Assembly: GCA_003446015.1 (NCBI GenBank)
Contig: DMBU01000091.1
Location: 9,380 to 73,379, forward strand
Reading direction: 5' to 3'
Length of the DNA stretch: 64,000 bases
Source: Bacteroidales bacterium
Lineage (GTDB): Bacteria; Bacteroidota; Bacteroidia; Bacteroidales; UBA12077
The notes beneath the pieces were generated by a model that made no database searches, had not been told where the DNA came from, and was given only the letters and a program-made list of their open reading frames with translations. Positions within the stretch are counted from its first letter, which is position 1; the number at the start of each line of letters is the position of its first letter. Shown here piece by piece: positions 35,363 through 44,292 of this stretch. Position numbers and translations under genes: made by a program.

Positions 35363-36973
35363 TTGATTGATGTGAAGCGATTACATAAATTTATTTTAAA
35401 ATCATATTTTGGACCTCTAGTCGCAACATTCTTTGTTTCTTTATTTATCCTTTTAATGCAATTCCTGTGGAAATACATTGATGATTTAGCAGGAAAGGGA
35501 CTTGAATGGACAGTAATCGCTGAATTAATCGTGTATGCCTCGGCTCGTCTAGTTCCCATGGCTCTTCCTTTGGCAATATTGTTATCTTCAATCATGACCT
35601 TTGGAGATTTAGGAGAAAACTTTGAGTTAACAGCAGTAAAATCCGCAGGTGTTTCTTTACAACGATTCATGACCCCTCTAATCATACTAACTATTGCTAT
35701 AAGTATAGGGGCATTTTATTATTCCGATTATATTATACCTTATACTAATCTTAAAACCGGTGCATTAATATACGATGTAAAAAACCAACGACCCGAACTT
35801 CAAATCAAAGAGGGAATGTTTTATAATGGTATTGATGGTTATAGTATTAAGATTGCAAAGAAAAATTATAAAACAAATCTTTTGCAAAATATTATGGTTT
35901 ATGACCATAGTGATAATAAAGACAATGTAAAAGTTACCATTGCCGATTCTGGTTACATGAGAATGACAGCCGATGAGCTTAATTTAATTTTAACCTTATA
36001 CAATGGATATACTTTTGAGGAAGTTGAAGAATCGAGAAAAAAAAGACAAAAAGACAAAACATACCCTCATACCCGGCAAAGTTTTGAAAAACAGGAAGTC
36101 ATTTTTAAACTTACAGGTTTAGATTTTAATCGCACCGATGAAGAGTTGTTTAAAAACAATTTTCAAATGCTAAATCTAAAGCAACTTGAGTATGCTGAAG
36201 ATTCTTTATATATTCAATATAATAATCAAATCAAAGATTTTTCTAAAAACCTTATCAGCACGAATTATTACAAAAACGAAAGATTAATGAATGATGAATT
36301 TAAAAAACTTCATACATTAAAGGAAAAAAAGGAAGCTGATAAGCCTAAAAATAAAAAAAACAAGAAAAAAGCCCGCCTGCAAGCCACGGATGGTAATCCA
36401 GACGAGAAGGCAAAGAAGATAACTCCCAAAAAGGATTCTTTAATTTCAAAACCAAAAAAAGATTCTACAGTAATATTTAACATTGATACTGCTTATAAGT
36501 CATTGAATTTAAACAACAAAGATCATGTTATGCAATATGCATTAACATTTGCCAGGGCAGTTCAAAATAACCTTACAAATTCGAAAAAACAATTTGAATA
36601 TAAGGCCGAGCGAATCCGCAGACACCAGATTGAATGGCACAGAAAGTTTTCACTTTCGTTTGCCTGCCTTGTATTTTTCTTTATTGGGGCTCCCTTAGGT
36701 GCTATTATTCGAAAAGGTGGATTTGGAACTCCTGTGGTAATATCTATCTTGTTCTTCATTCTTTATTATATAATTTCTATTTCAGGTGAAAAATTTGCCC
36801 GTGAAGGAGTCATGCCTGCATATATGGGTATGTGGATGTCTTCGTTCATCTTAATGCCATTGGGTATTTTCTTAACTTATAAAGCAACCACCGATTCAGT
36901 AATTTTAAATGCTGATACCTATTTACTATTCTTTAAAAAGCTTTTTAAACGATTATCAAAGAAATCGGATTAA
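35363..36973 (+). CDS. LptF/LptG-family (YjgP/YjgQ) permease with an enlarged periplasmic region
   Basis: N-terminal KFILKSYFGPLVATFFVSLFILLMQFLW with three TM helices, and three C-terminal TM helices. A Lys-rich low-complexity insert lies in the middle. The start is TTG, or GTG three codons later. Confidence 0.8.
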   Translation: MIDVKRLHKFILKSYFGPLVATFFVSLFILLMQFLWKYIDDLAGKGLEWTVIAELIVYASARLVPMALPLAILLSSIMTFGDLGENFELTAVKSAGVSLQRFMTPLIILTIAISIGAFYYSDYIIPYTNLKTGALIYDVKNQRPELQIKEGMFYNGIDGYSIKIAKKNYKTNLLQNIMVYDHSDNKDNVKVTIADSGYMRMTADELNLILTLYNGYTFEEVEESRKKRQKDKTYPHTRQSFEKQEVIFKLTGLDFNRTDEELFKNNFQMLNLKQLEYAEDSLYIQYNNQIKDFSKNLISTNYYKNERLMNDEFKKLHTLKEKKEADKPKNKKNKKKARLQATDGNPDEKAKKITPKKDSLISKPKKDSTVIFNIDTAYKSLNLNNKDHVMQYALTFARAVQNNLTNSKKQFEYKAERIRRHQIEWHRKFSLSFACLVFFFIGAPLGAIIRKGGFGTPVVISILFFILYYIISISGEKFAREGVMPAYMGMWMSSFILMPLGIFLTYKATTDSVILNADTYLLFFKKLFKRLSKKSD

Positions 36974-38179
36974 ATGAATATCCTACAGATTGCAAATAAG
37001 GCCATTTATCCACCTGATGGAGGTTCTATCGCAATCTTAAGTATAGCAAAAGCTTATGTGAACAATGGTCATAAAGTGCATCTTTTAAATATGATTACTC
37101 ATAAGCATCATAATAATACAAAGATCATTGAGCCCGAATTCAGAGACAATCTTACTATATCTGGTATTAAGATCAATACAAAGATATCATTCATTAAACT
37201 TATTGCGAATTTCCTGTTTTCAAGTAAACCATTTATTTCCGAAAGATTTCTTTCTAAAAAGTTTGAAAACTCTCTAATTAATTTATTTGAAAATAATTTA
37301 TTTGACTTTGTTCAAATCGAAGGATTATATTCATTACAGTATATAAAGTGTATTAAGCAAAATTATAAGGGAAAAGTTTTATATCGACCACATAATGTTG
37401 AGTATTTGATCTGGGAAAGAAATGCCTTTGAAGCAAAATCCATATTAAAAAAAATCTACTTCAAATCATTATCAAAACGAATCAAAAAACTTGAAGAAAA
37501 GTACTTAAATTCATACGATTACTTAATCCCAATTTCAAATGCAGATGCTGAAATATTTAATAAATTGGGCAACCAAAAACCTTTTAAAGTTTCACCTTTT
37601 GGTATTGATTTTAATATTATCATAAATCAATCCGGAGCTGATAAGCCAGATTCAGAGCAATCCATAAATTATATTGGAGCTCTTGACTGGATTCCAAATC
37701 AGAAAGGATTAAAATGGTTTATAGATTATTGTTTTCCTATTGTTTTAGAATCATTTCCCGAAATAAAACTTAACATAGCGGGACGAAATGCCCCTGATTG
37801 GTTTATAAAAAAATTAAATCAAAATAATAATATTCGATATGTGGGTGAAGTAAATAATGCATATGAATATTTACATACTCCGGGTCCTGTAATTGTCCCT
37901 TTATTTTCCGGAAGCGGAATGCGGGTAAAAATCATTGAAAGCATGGCTATAAAAAAAGCAATTGTTTCAACCAGTATTGCTGCCGAAGGAATAAATTGTA
38001 TGCATAATGAAAACATCTTAATTGCCGATAATCCTGAATATTTTGCAAATTCGGTTATCTCACTTTTAAAAAATCCGGATTTACAGAAAGAAATTGGAGA
38101 AAATGCATCTAAATTCGTAAAAGATAATTTCGATTTTAATATTATTGCAAACAATATATTAAATTTTATTAAAGACTGA
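36974..38179 (+). CDS. GT4-family glycosyltransferase
   Basis: 401 aa. The C-terminal GT-B block PLFSGSGMRVKIIESMAIKKAIVSTSIAAEGI carries the E-x7-E-like motif. The start codon directly abuts the upstream stop. Confidence 0.8.
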   Translation: MNILQIANKAIYPPDGGSIAILSIAKAYVNNGHKVHLLNMITHKHHNNTKIIEPEFRDNLTISGIKINTKISFIKLIANFLFSSKPFISERFLSKKFENSLINLFENNLFDFVQIEGLYSLQYIKCIKQNYKGKVLYRPHNVEYLIWERNAFEAKSILKKIYFKSLSKRIKKLEEKYLNSYDYLIPISNADAEIFNKLGNQKPFKVSPFGIDFNIIINQSGADKPDSEQSINYIGALDWIPNQKGLKWFIDYCFPIVLESFPEIKLNIAGRNAPDWFIKKLNQNNNIRYVGEVNNAYEYLHTPGPVIVPLFSGSGMRVKIIESMAIKKAIVSTSIAAEGINCMHNENILIADNPEYFANSVISLLKNPDLQKEIGENASKFVKDNFDFNIIANNILNFIKD

Positions 38180-38181
38180 TC

Positions 38182-39354
38182 GTGTATATATTATTCTGGA
38201 CATCTTTACTAATTATAGTATATTCTTATTTAGGATATCCTCTTAGTATTTATACATTAAGTTTATTCGTTAAACTATTTAAATCGAAAACAACCACAAA
38301 TCAAAACAATGCATACGAGCCAGATGTGACTCTCTTTGTTGCTGCATATAACGAATTAGGTATTGTTGATGAAAAACTAAAGAATTCGTTTTCCATAGTT
38401 TATCCCAAAGAAAAACTAAAATATGTTTGGGTAACCGACGGATCAGATGATGGAAGTCCGGAAGCTTTATCTAATCATAAAAACGTTCAGGTATATCATC
38501 ATAATGATCGAAAAGGAAAAATAGGTGCTATAAATCGTGGGATGAAATTCATCGAAACACCCATTGTCATTTTTTCAGATGCAAATTCTATGTTAAATAA
38601 AGAATCCATCTTACATATTGTAAATGAATTTAAAGATCCACAGGTTGGTTGTGTTGCAGGCGAGAAAAGAATTATTTTAAAGGATAAAGATAATGCTGTA
38701 AATTCCGGTGAAGGTATATATTGGAAATATGAATCGTTTATTAAAAAATCTGAATCACAAATTAGTTCAGCCCTGGGAGCAGTTGGAGAATTATTTGCAA
38801 TAAGAAAAGAGCTATTTGATGAAATTGAAAGCGATACTATTCTTGACGATTTTATTATCTCGTTGCGAATTGCACAAAAAGGTTTTAACATAAAATATGT
38901 TCCAGAAGCTTATGCTATAGAAAGTGCTTCAATCAGTATCCACGAAGAACTTAAAAGGAAAACCCGGATTGCATATGGTGGATTTCAAGCCATTACACGA
39001 TTAAAATCATTACTAAATCCTTTTAAGAATCCTCTATTAACATTTCAATATTTGTCTCATAAAGTTCTTAGATGGACACTTGTTCCAATTGCTTTTATAC
39101 TGGTTTTTGTATCCAACTTGCACATTGCTTTTGTAGAGAACTGGCATGGATTTTACTCAGGTTTATTTTATTTGCAAATTATTTTTTATTTATTCGTTTT
39201 TTTAGGAAGCATTTTACAATCAAAAAAGACCAATTTAAAAATCCTATTTGCACCCTATTACCTTTTCATTATGAATCTTGCAGAAATTATTGGTTTACTG
39301 AGGTTCTTAAGAAAATCACAATCAGTAAACTGGGAAAAAGCAAAAAGAGAATAA
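38182..39354 (+). CDS. GT2-family membrane glycosyltransferase
   Basis: An N-terminal TM helix, VTLFVAAYNE, DGSDDGS, FSDANS and C-terminal TM helices. GTG start. Confidence 0.8.
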   Translation: MYILFWTSLLIIVYSYLGYPLSIYTLSLFVKLFKSKTTTNQNNAYEPDVTLFVAAYNELGIVDEKLKNSFSIVYPKEKLKYVWVTDGSDDGSPEALSNHKNVQVYHHNDRKGKIGAINRGMKFIETPIVIFSDANSMLNKESILHIVNEFKDPQVGCVAGEKRIILKDKDNAVNSGEGIYWKYESFIKKSESQISSALGAVGELFAIRKELFDEIESDTILDDFIISLRIAQKGFNIKYVPEAYAIESASISIHEELKRKTRIAYGGFQAITRLKSLLNPFKNPLLTFQYLSHKVLRWTLVPIAFILVFVSNLHIAFVENWHGFYSGLFYLQIIFYLFVFLGSILQSKKTNLKILFAPYYLFIMNLAEIIGLLRFLRKSQSVNWEKAKRE

Positions 39355-39402
39355 TCACTTTAATTAATAGTGACTTTTTTAGGGAAATTTAAACACTTAT
39401 TA

Positions 39403-39410
39403 TACTTTTG
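39403..39410 (+). promoter_or_regulatory. Candidate -7 box (TACTTTTG) for ribBA
   Basis: Exact TAnnTTTG match 31 nt upstream of the ATG at 39441. It overlaps the alternative TTG start at 39408, which argues against that start. Confidence 0.45.
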
Positions 39411-39440
39411 CAAAACAATTTTCTTTTTAAATATATCAAA

Positions 39441-40691
39441 ATGCCTAACAATCAAGACAATAATAAAAGCAAGCTTAATACTGTTGAAGAAGCCATAGAA
39501 GAAATTCGGGCAGGGAAAGTAATCATAGTTGTTGATGATGAAGATCGCGAGAACGAAGGAGATTTTGTTGTTGCAGCTGAAACGATCACTCCCGAGATTG
39601 TAAATTTTATGGCAACTTATGGCAGAGGTTTAATTTGTGCTCCACTACCAGAAGACAGATGTGAAGAACTTGATCTGGAACTCATGGTTGGCAATAATAC
39701 AGCTTTACATGCTACCCCATTTACTGTTTCGGTTGATTTAAATGGTCATGATTGTACGACAGGTATCTCGGCATCGGATCGTGCAAAAACGATCAGGGCT
39801 TTAGTTGATCCTAATACGAAACCCGAAGATCTTGGTCGTCCGGGACATATATTCCCTCTAAAAGCCAAACAACGCGGTGTAATCCGCAGAGCCGGACATA
39901 CCGAAGCTGTAGTTGATCTTACAAGGCTTGCTGGAATGAAACCTGGAGGTGCTCTTGTCGAAATTATGAACGAAGATGGAACAATGGCACGTATGCCTCA
40001 GCTTCTTGAAATCGCAAAGAAATTTGATCTTAAAATTATTTCAATTGAAGAACTAATAAAATATAGATTAAAAGAAGAAAGTCTGGTTGAAAAAGGAGTA
40101 AGAGTTAAACTTCCAACAGAATATGGCACGTTTGATTTAATCCCCTTCAAACAAAAATCAAATGGTTTAGAACATGTTGCGCTTATTAAAGGCGAATGGA
40201 CCAAAGATGAACCTGTTTGTGTACGAGTTCACTCATCATGTGTTACCGGCGATATTTTTGGATCAAAACGTTGCGATTGCGGACAGCAATTGCATAAAGC
40301 TATGAGAAAAATAGATGAAGCCGGAAAAGGTGTTATACTTTATATGAATCAGGAAGGAAGAGGAATTGGCTTGTTTAATAAAATGAGAGCTTATAAACTG
40401 CAAGAAGAAGGCAGGGATACTGTTGAAGCCAATATTGAGCTAGGATTTGAAGACGACGAAAGAGATTATGGAGTTGGAGCCAGTATTTTACGAGAACTTG
40501 AACTTGGTAAAATCCGACTTTTAACCAATAATCCTATCAAAAGAAAAGGTCTTGAAGCATATGGATTGGTAATAATCGAGAATCTGCCCCTCGAAATCGA
40601 ACCTAATGAACACAATAAGTTTTACTTAGAAACTAAACAGCATAAAATGGGGCACACACTTGAACTTGTGAACATAAAGCCTGGCAAATAG
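39441..40691 (+). CDS. ribBA: Bifunctional 3,4-dihydroxy-2-butanone-4-phosphate synthase / GTP cyclohydrolase II
   Basis: The RibB part has [14 protein letters not shown] and HTEA. The RibA part has [18 protein letters not shown] and [10 protein letters not shown]. Confidence 0.9.
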   Translation: MPNNQDNNKSKLNTVEEAIEEIRAGKVIIVVDDEDRENEGDFVVAAETITPEIVNFMATYGRGLICAPLPEDRCEELDLELMVGNNTALHATPFTVSVDLNGHDCTTGISASDRAKTIRALVDPNTKPEDLGRPGHIFPLKAKQRGVIRRAGHTEAVVDLTRLAGMKPGGALVEIMNEDGTMARMPQLLEIAKKFDLKIISIEELIKYRLKEESLVEKGVRVKLPTEYGTFDLIPFKQKSNGLEHVALIKGEWTKDEPVCVRVHSSCVTGDIFGSKRCDCGQQLHKAMRKIDEAGKGVILYMNQEGRGIGLFNKMRAYKLQEEGRDTVEANIELGFEDDERDYGVGASILRELELGKIRLLTNNPIKRKGLEAYGLVIIENLPLEIEPNEHNKFYLETKQHKMGHTLELVNIKPGK

Positions 40692-40777
40692 TATCTCTAC
40701 TTTATTTCGGGTATTGTAGTCTAAAAAATCGAAATACTGTTAGATACTCGTCATTTCAAAAATAAAAAGCCCAATGC

Positions 40778-40989
40778 AACTACTCAAGTTGAATAGATAA
40801 TTGTATTTAATTAAATATTAATAGGATATACATTTCACGCAAAGTTTGCAAAGAATATCGCAAAGACCGCAAAGTATTCATAATAAACACTTTGCCTTTT
40901 TTTCGTTTCTTTTACTCAGCGCTCTTTGCGGGGAATTTTTAATCATAAAACACAAATAATCAAAAATTTTAACAACCTGATTAGTTACA
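40778..40989. repeat. Left copy of an inverted repeat pair of about 220 bp (GCAAAG-rich intergenic element)
   Basis: It aligns along its length with the reverse complement of 43948-44174, at roughly 70 percent identity by eye. Shared blocks include aactactca(a/g)g, tatttaattaaa, cacgcaaagtt, cgcaaagt, ctttgcg and tttttaatcataaaa-caaataatcaa. Confidence 0.6.
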
Positions 40990-41045
40990 GCCCAATTTTC
41001 CCGGACTTCTTCTTTTTAAATAAGATATTCATTATTTACATTAAA

Positions 41046-41708
41046 CTAGAATTCTACTGAACCACCTAAGGCATTATGTTTTTCAACTGTATTTTTAAAA
41101 TCATTCTTTATTAAAACATAAAATTCGTCAGGAGTTATATTATTTAATGAACAAAAATCAACCACAGAAACATCTTCATTGCTTACCGTAAAATTATATT
41201 TCACAAGTTTACTTTCTAAATCAGGGTATGTAACCTTAAACACATGTTCTGCAAAATCAGTTAACGAAAGTTTTTCTGCATCAGGGAAGTCAGGAATCTC
41301 AACATTTCTGGAGTAACTATCTGATATTTCATTCCCAATTTGAACAATCGTACTAAAAGGGTACCAATCATATTGTGTACCGAAGAAAACTAAAACTGTT
41401 ATTACTATTGCAGCAATTATTTCTTTCAGATTTGCCAGTTTAAACTTAGCCTGCGAAAAGTAATAGATTAAAATACCCCAGTTAATCTTGAAAATATGAA
41501 ATATCGAAAATAAAATAAACAAGTAAGAAAATATCGTATGCTGATGTTCCCATTGTTTTTTTGTAAGGTTTAAAACATCCCAGCCAATCCATCTCGACAG
41601 ACTCCCCTCAGGAGCTATGTATAAAATTATTCCTGAAATTGATAGTATAATAAATGAAAATAATAAGCCTAAGCTTATAAAACTTTGCCAATTAAATTTA
41701 GTATTCAT
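41046..41708 (-). CDS. DUF4405-like four-TM membrane protein with a soluble C-terminal domain
   Basis: 220 aa with four hydrophobic helices and conserved His residues (EHQHTIFSYLF..FHIF), typical of DUF4405. Confidence 0.5.
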   Translation of the reverse strand: MNTKFNWQSFISLGLLFSFIILSISGIILYIAPEGSLSRWIGWDVLNLTKKQWEHQHTIFSYLFILFSIFHIFKINWGILIYYFSQAKFKLANLKEIIAAIVITVLVFFGTQYDWYPFSTIVQIGNEISDSYSRNVEIPDFPDAEKLSLTDFAEHVFKVTYPDLESKLVKYNFTVSNEDVSVVDFCSLNNITPDEFYVLIKNDFKNTVEKHNALGGSVEF

Positions 41709-41763
41709 TCTGGTAATTTGTATTTATGACAGTAGCTAATAGAAAGTTTAAAATTTTATTTAA

Positions 41764-41771
41764 TACTTTTG
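41764..41771 (+). promoter_or_regulatory. Candidate -7 box (TACTTTTG) for fmt
   Basis: Exact TAnnTTTG match 27 nt upstream of the start codon. Confidence 0.45.
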
Positions 41772-41797
41772 GGCAAAGCTAAAAAAAAGAACTTAAA

Positions 41798-42775
41798 ATG
41801 AATAAAATCAATTTAAGAATAATTTATATGGGCACACCTGATTTTGCGGTTGAGCCTTTAAAACTATTGGTTGAAAACAATTACAATGTTGTTGGAGTTG
41901 TTACCAATCCCGATAAACCCGCGGGGAGAGGACAAAAACTACAAGAGTCGGCAGTAAAGAAATATGCAATTAGTCAGAATTTAAATATTCTGCAACCCCA
42001 TAAATTCAGAGATGAATCCTTTTTAAATGAACTAAAAGAATTAAATGCCGATTTGCAAATTGTTGTTGCTTTTAAAATGCTGCCAGAAGTAGTTTGGAAT
42101 ATGCCCCGAATTGGCACTTTTAATCTACACGCTTCATTACTGCCGCAATACCGGGGAGCAGCACCTATTAACTGGGCTATTATAAATGGAGAAAGTAAAA
42201 CGGGAGTAACAACTTTTTTTCTAAAACACGAAATAGATACCGGGAATATTATTTTTCAGGAAGAAGTTCAAATCCTGGAAGATGATGATGCCGGAAGCAT
42301 CCACGACAAATTAATGTATAAAGGAGCAAACCTTGTTTTAAAAACTGTAGATTCCATTCTTACAGGTAATTATCCCCAGCTTAATCAGAATATTTTAGTT
42401 GAAGCTGGTACTTTAATTAAACATGCCCCTAAAATTTTTAAGGATGATTGTAAAATAAACTGGAATAAGGATTTAAATTCAATTCATAACCATATTCGTG
42501 GCTTAAGTCCATATCCTGCTGCATGGACAGAGATGGTTAATAACGAAGAAGAAATTCAAATCAAGATATTTAAATCAGAAAAAGAATCAGGGAATCATAA
42601 TTTCACAACAGGTAAAATTATTTCAGATCAGAAAACCCATTTAAAAGTTGCAGTAAAAGGAGGATTTGTTCATTTGAAAGAATTACAATTGGCTGGAAAG
42701 AAAAGATTAAGAGTTGAAGACTTCTTAAGAGGTTTTCAGGAAATAAATGAGTATAATTTTTCAACAAAAGTTTGA
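41798..42775 (+). CDS. fmt: Methionyl-tRNA formyltransferase
   Basis: Motifs YMGTPDFAV, NPDKPAGRG and NLHASLLPQYRGAAPINWAI. Confidence 0.9.
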   Translation: MNKINLRIIYMGTPDFAVEPLKLLVENNYNVVGVVTNPDKPAGRGQKLQESAVKKYAISQNLNILQPHKFRDESFLNELKELNADLQIVVAFKMLPEVVWNMPRIGTFNLHASLLPQYRGAAPINWAIINGESKTGVTTFFLKHEIDTGNIIFQEEVQILEDDDAGSIHDKLMYKGANLVLKTVDSILTGNYPQLNQNILVEAGTLIKHAPKIFKDDCKINWNKDLNSIHNHIRGLSPYPAAWTEMVNNEEEIQIKIFKSEKESGNHNFTTGKIISDQKTHLKVAVKGGFVHLKELQLAGKKRLRVEDFLRGFQEINEYNFSTKV

Positions 42776-42814
42776 TTTAGCTGTTTTCAAAAAGAAACAG
42801 TTAATCAAATAAAA

Positions 42815-43879
42815 ATGGTAAATAATTACGGTTCCGATCAAAAAACTGCATTGCAGGCAAAAATTGATGCACAAAAAATTGCCTTCGCTCCCATTGTATT
42901 TCAAGCAGTAAAGTCACTCAGAGATTTCAAAATCCTTGATTTGTTAAATAAACATACCGAAGGCCTAAGCCCTATTGAAATTTCAAAAGAAACAGGTATA
43001 AGTGAATATGGAGTAAAAGTATTGCTCGATGCAGGATTAAGTGCCGAAGTTGTAATTCGAAGTGATAATAAATATCAATTAACAAAAACAGGGTATTATT
43101 TTATTAATGATACGATGACAACCATCAATATGGATTTTGTAAACGATGTCTGTTATGAAGGAATGTTTTATTTAAAGGACTCGATAAAAAATGAGAGTCC
43201 CGAAGGGCTAAAAGTTTTTGGTAACTGGCCAAGTATTTATCACGGACTATCTGAGCTGCCAGAACAAGTAAAAAAAAGCTGGTTTGCATTTGATCATTTT
43301 TATTCCGACAATGTTTTCATTTCAATTTTACCATTAATCTTTAAAAATAATCCCAAGAAAATACTTGATGTTGGTGGGAATACAGGAAGATTCTCATTTC
43401 AATGTGTTCATTATAATCCTAAAGTTGAGCTTACTATTATGGATTTACCCGGACAGCTTAATGTGGCTTTACACAATGCAAAAAAAGAAGGTATAGAGAA
43501 ACAAATAAAAGGCTATCCATCAGACATATTAGATCATAACAAGGAGTTCCCAAAAGGATTTGATGTAATTTGGATGAGTCAGTTTCTCGATTGCTTTTCA
43601 GAAGAAAATATCCTGCAAATATTAACAAGAGCCTATCACTCTATGGATGAAAACGCAAGCTTATTCATTCTGGAGACCTATTGGGACCGGCAAAAATTTG
43701 ACATTTCTACGTTCTGTCTAAATAATACGTCTTTATATTTTACAGCAATGGCGAATGGGAATAGTCGAATGTATCATTCCGACGACATGATCAGGTTAAT
43801 TGAAAAAGCAGGATTTAAAATTAGTAACATACAAGATGATTTGGGTATAAGCCACACCTTAATTGAATGTGTTAAATAG
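42815..43879 (+). CDS. Class I SAM-dependent methyltransferase (O-methyltransferase-family-2-like, N-terminal winged-helix dimerisation domain)
   Basis: SAM motif ILDVGGNTGRFS with acidic MDLP downstream. The N-terminal ~100 aa resemble the dimerisation domain of this family. Confidence 0.65.
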   Translation: MVNNYGSDQKTALQAKIDAQKIAFAPIVFQAVKSLRDFKILDLLNKHTEGLSPIEISKETGISEYGVKVLLDAGLSAEVVIRSDNKYQLTKTGYYFINDTMTTINMDFVNDVCYEGMFYLKDSIKNESPEGLKVFGNWPSIYHGLSELPEQVKKSWFAFDHFYSDNVFISILPLIFKNNPKKILDVGGNTGRFSFQCVHYNPKVELTIMDLPGQLNVALHNAKKEGIEKQIKGYPSDILDHNKEFPKGFDVIWMSQFLDCFSEENILQILTRAYHSMDENASLFILETYWDRQKFDISTFCLNNTSLYFTAMANGNSRMYHSDDMIRLIEKAGFKISNIQDDLGISHTLIECVK

Positions 43880-43947
43880 CTTTTTAGAATCTTTTGTTGT
43901 TAGGTTACAAATTCTCATATTTATCGCAGCAAGCAACATGTATTTTT

Positions 43948-44174
43948 GTAACTACTAAGGTAATTTATACTATTGATTATTTGTTTTTATGATTAAAAAG
44001 TTCACGCAAAGACGCTAAGTTAAAGAAATGCAAACCTGCCAGCCGGCAGCTGGAACGCAAAGGGCTTACCATAAACACTTTGCGCTTTTTCCGATAATTT
44101 TTGTGAACTTTGCGTGGAATGCTTATCCTATTGGTCTTTAATTAAATAACCCCATTTAGACTACCTGAGTAGTT
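43948..44174. repeat. Right copy of the inverted repeat pair (GCAAAG-rich intergenic element)
   Basis: It is the reverse complement of 40778-40989. It carries an extra GC-rich palindrome, cctgccagccggcagctgg. Confidence 0.6.
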
Positions 44175-44292
44175 AAGTGTTTTTTATACCTAATCGGTGT
44201 ATGATAATATAATAAGCAATATATAAGTAGCAATAGATCACCCAGGCGAAATTCGAAAAGTTTAACACAAAATAAGAGAAAAATACATTAGT

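Noticed and set aside
35353-35685. 110 aa minus-strand ORF overlapping the 5' end of the LptF/G-family gene
   Set aside because: It is fully overlapped by a CDS with clear family motifs and has no independent support. The same reasoning applies to the other overlapping ORFs: 1366-1584, 2154-2378, 4116-4355, 4903-5251, 7039-7242, 7785-7970, 8292-8486, 10445-10630, 11135-11398, 11492-11860, 12763-13110, 13164-13629, 36562-36759, 37819-38154, 38499-38891, 39072-39392, 39998-40204, 50118-50483, 60891-61196 and 61434-62582.
39355-39440. Possible FMN riboswitch upstream of ribBA
   Set aside because: Only about 85 nt of AT-rich spacer is available. It contains a -7 box and none of the conserved GC-rich FMN-aptamer helices.
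40778-44174. Interpreting the inverted repeats as ends of a composite transposon or as an invertase-driven switch
   Set aside because: There is no transposase, integrase or invertase gene within or adjacent. The enclosed genes include the housekeeping gene fmt, and the repeat identity is only moderate. It is reported as a repeat pair only.
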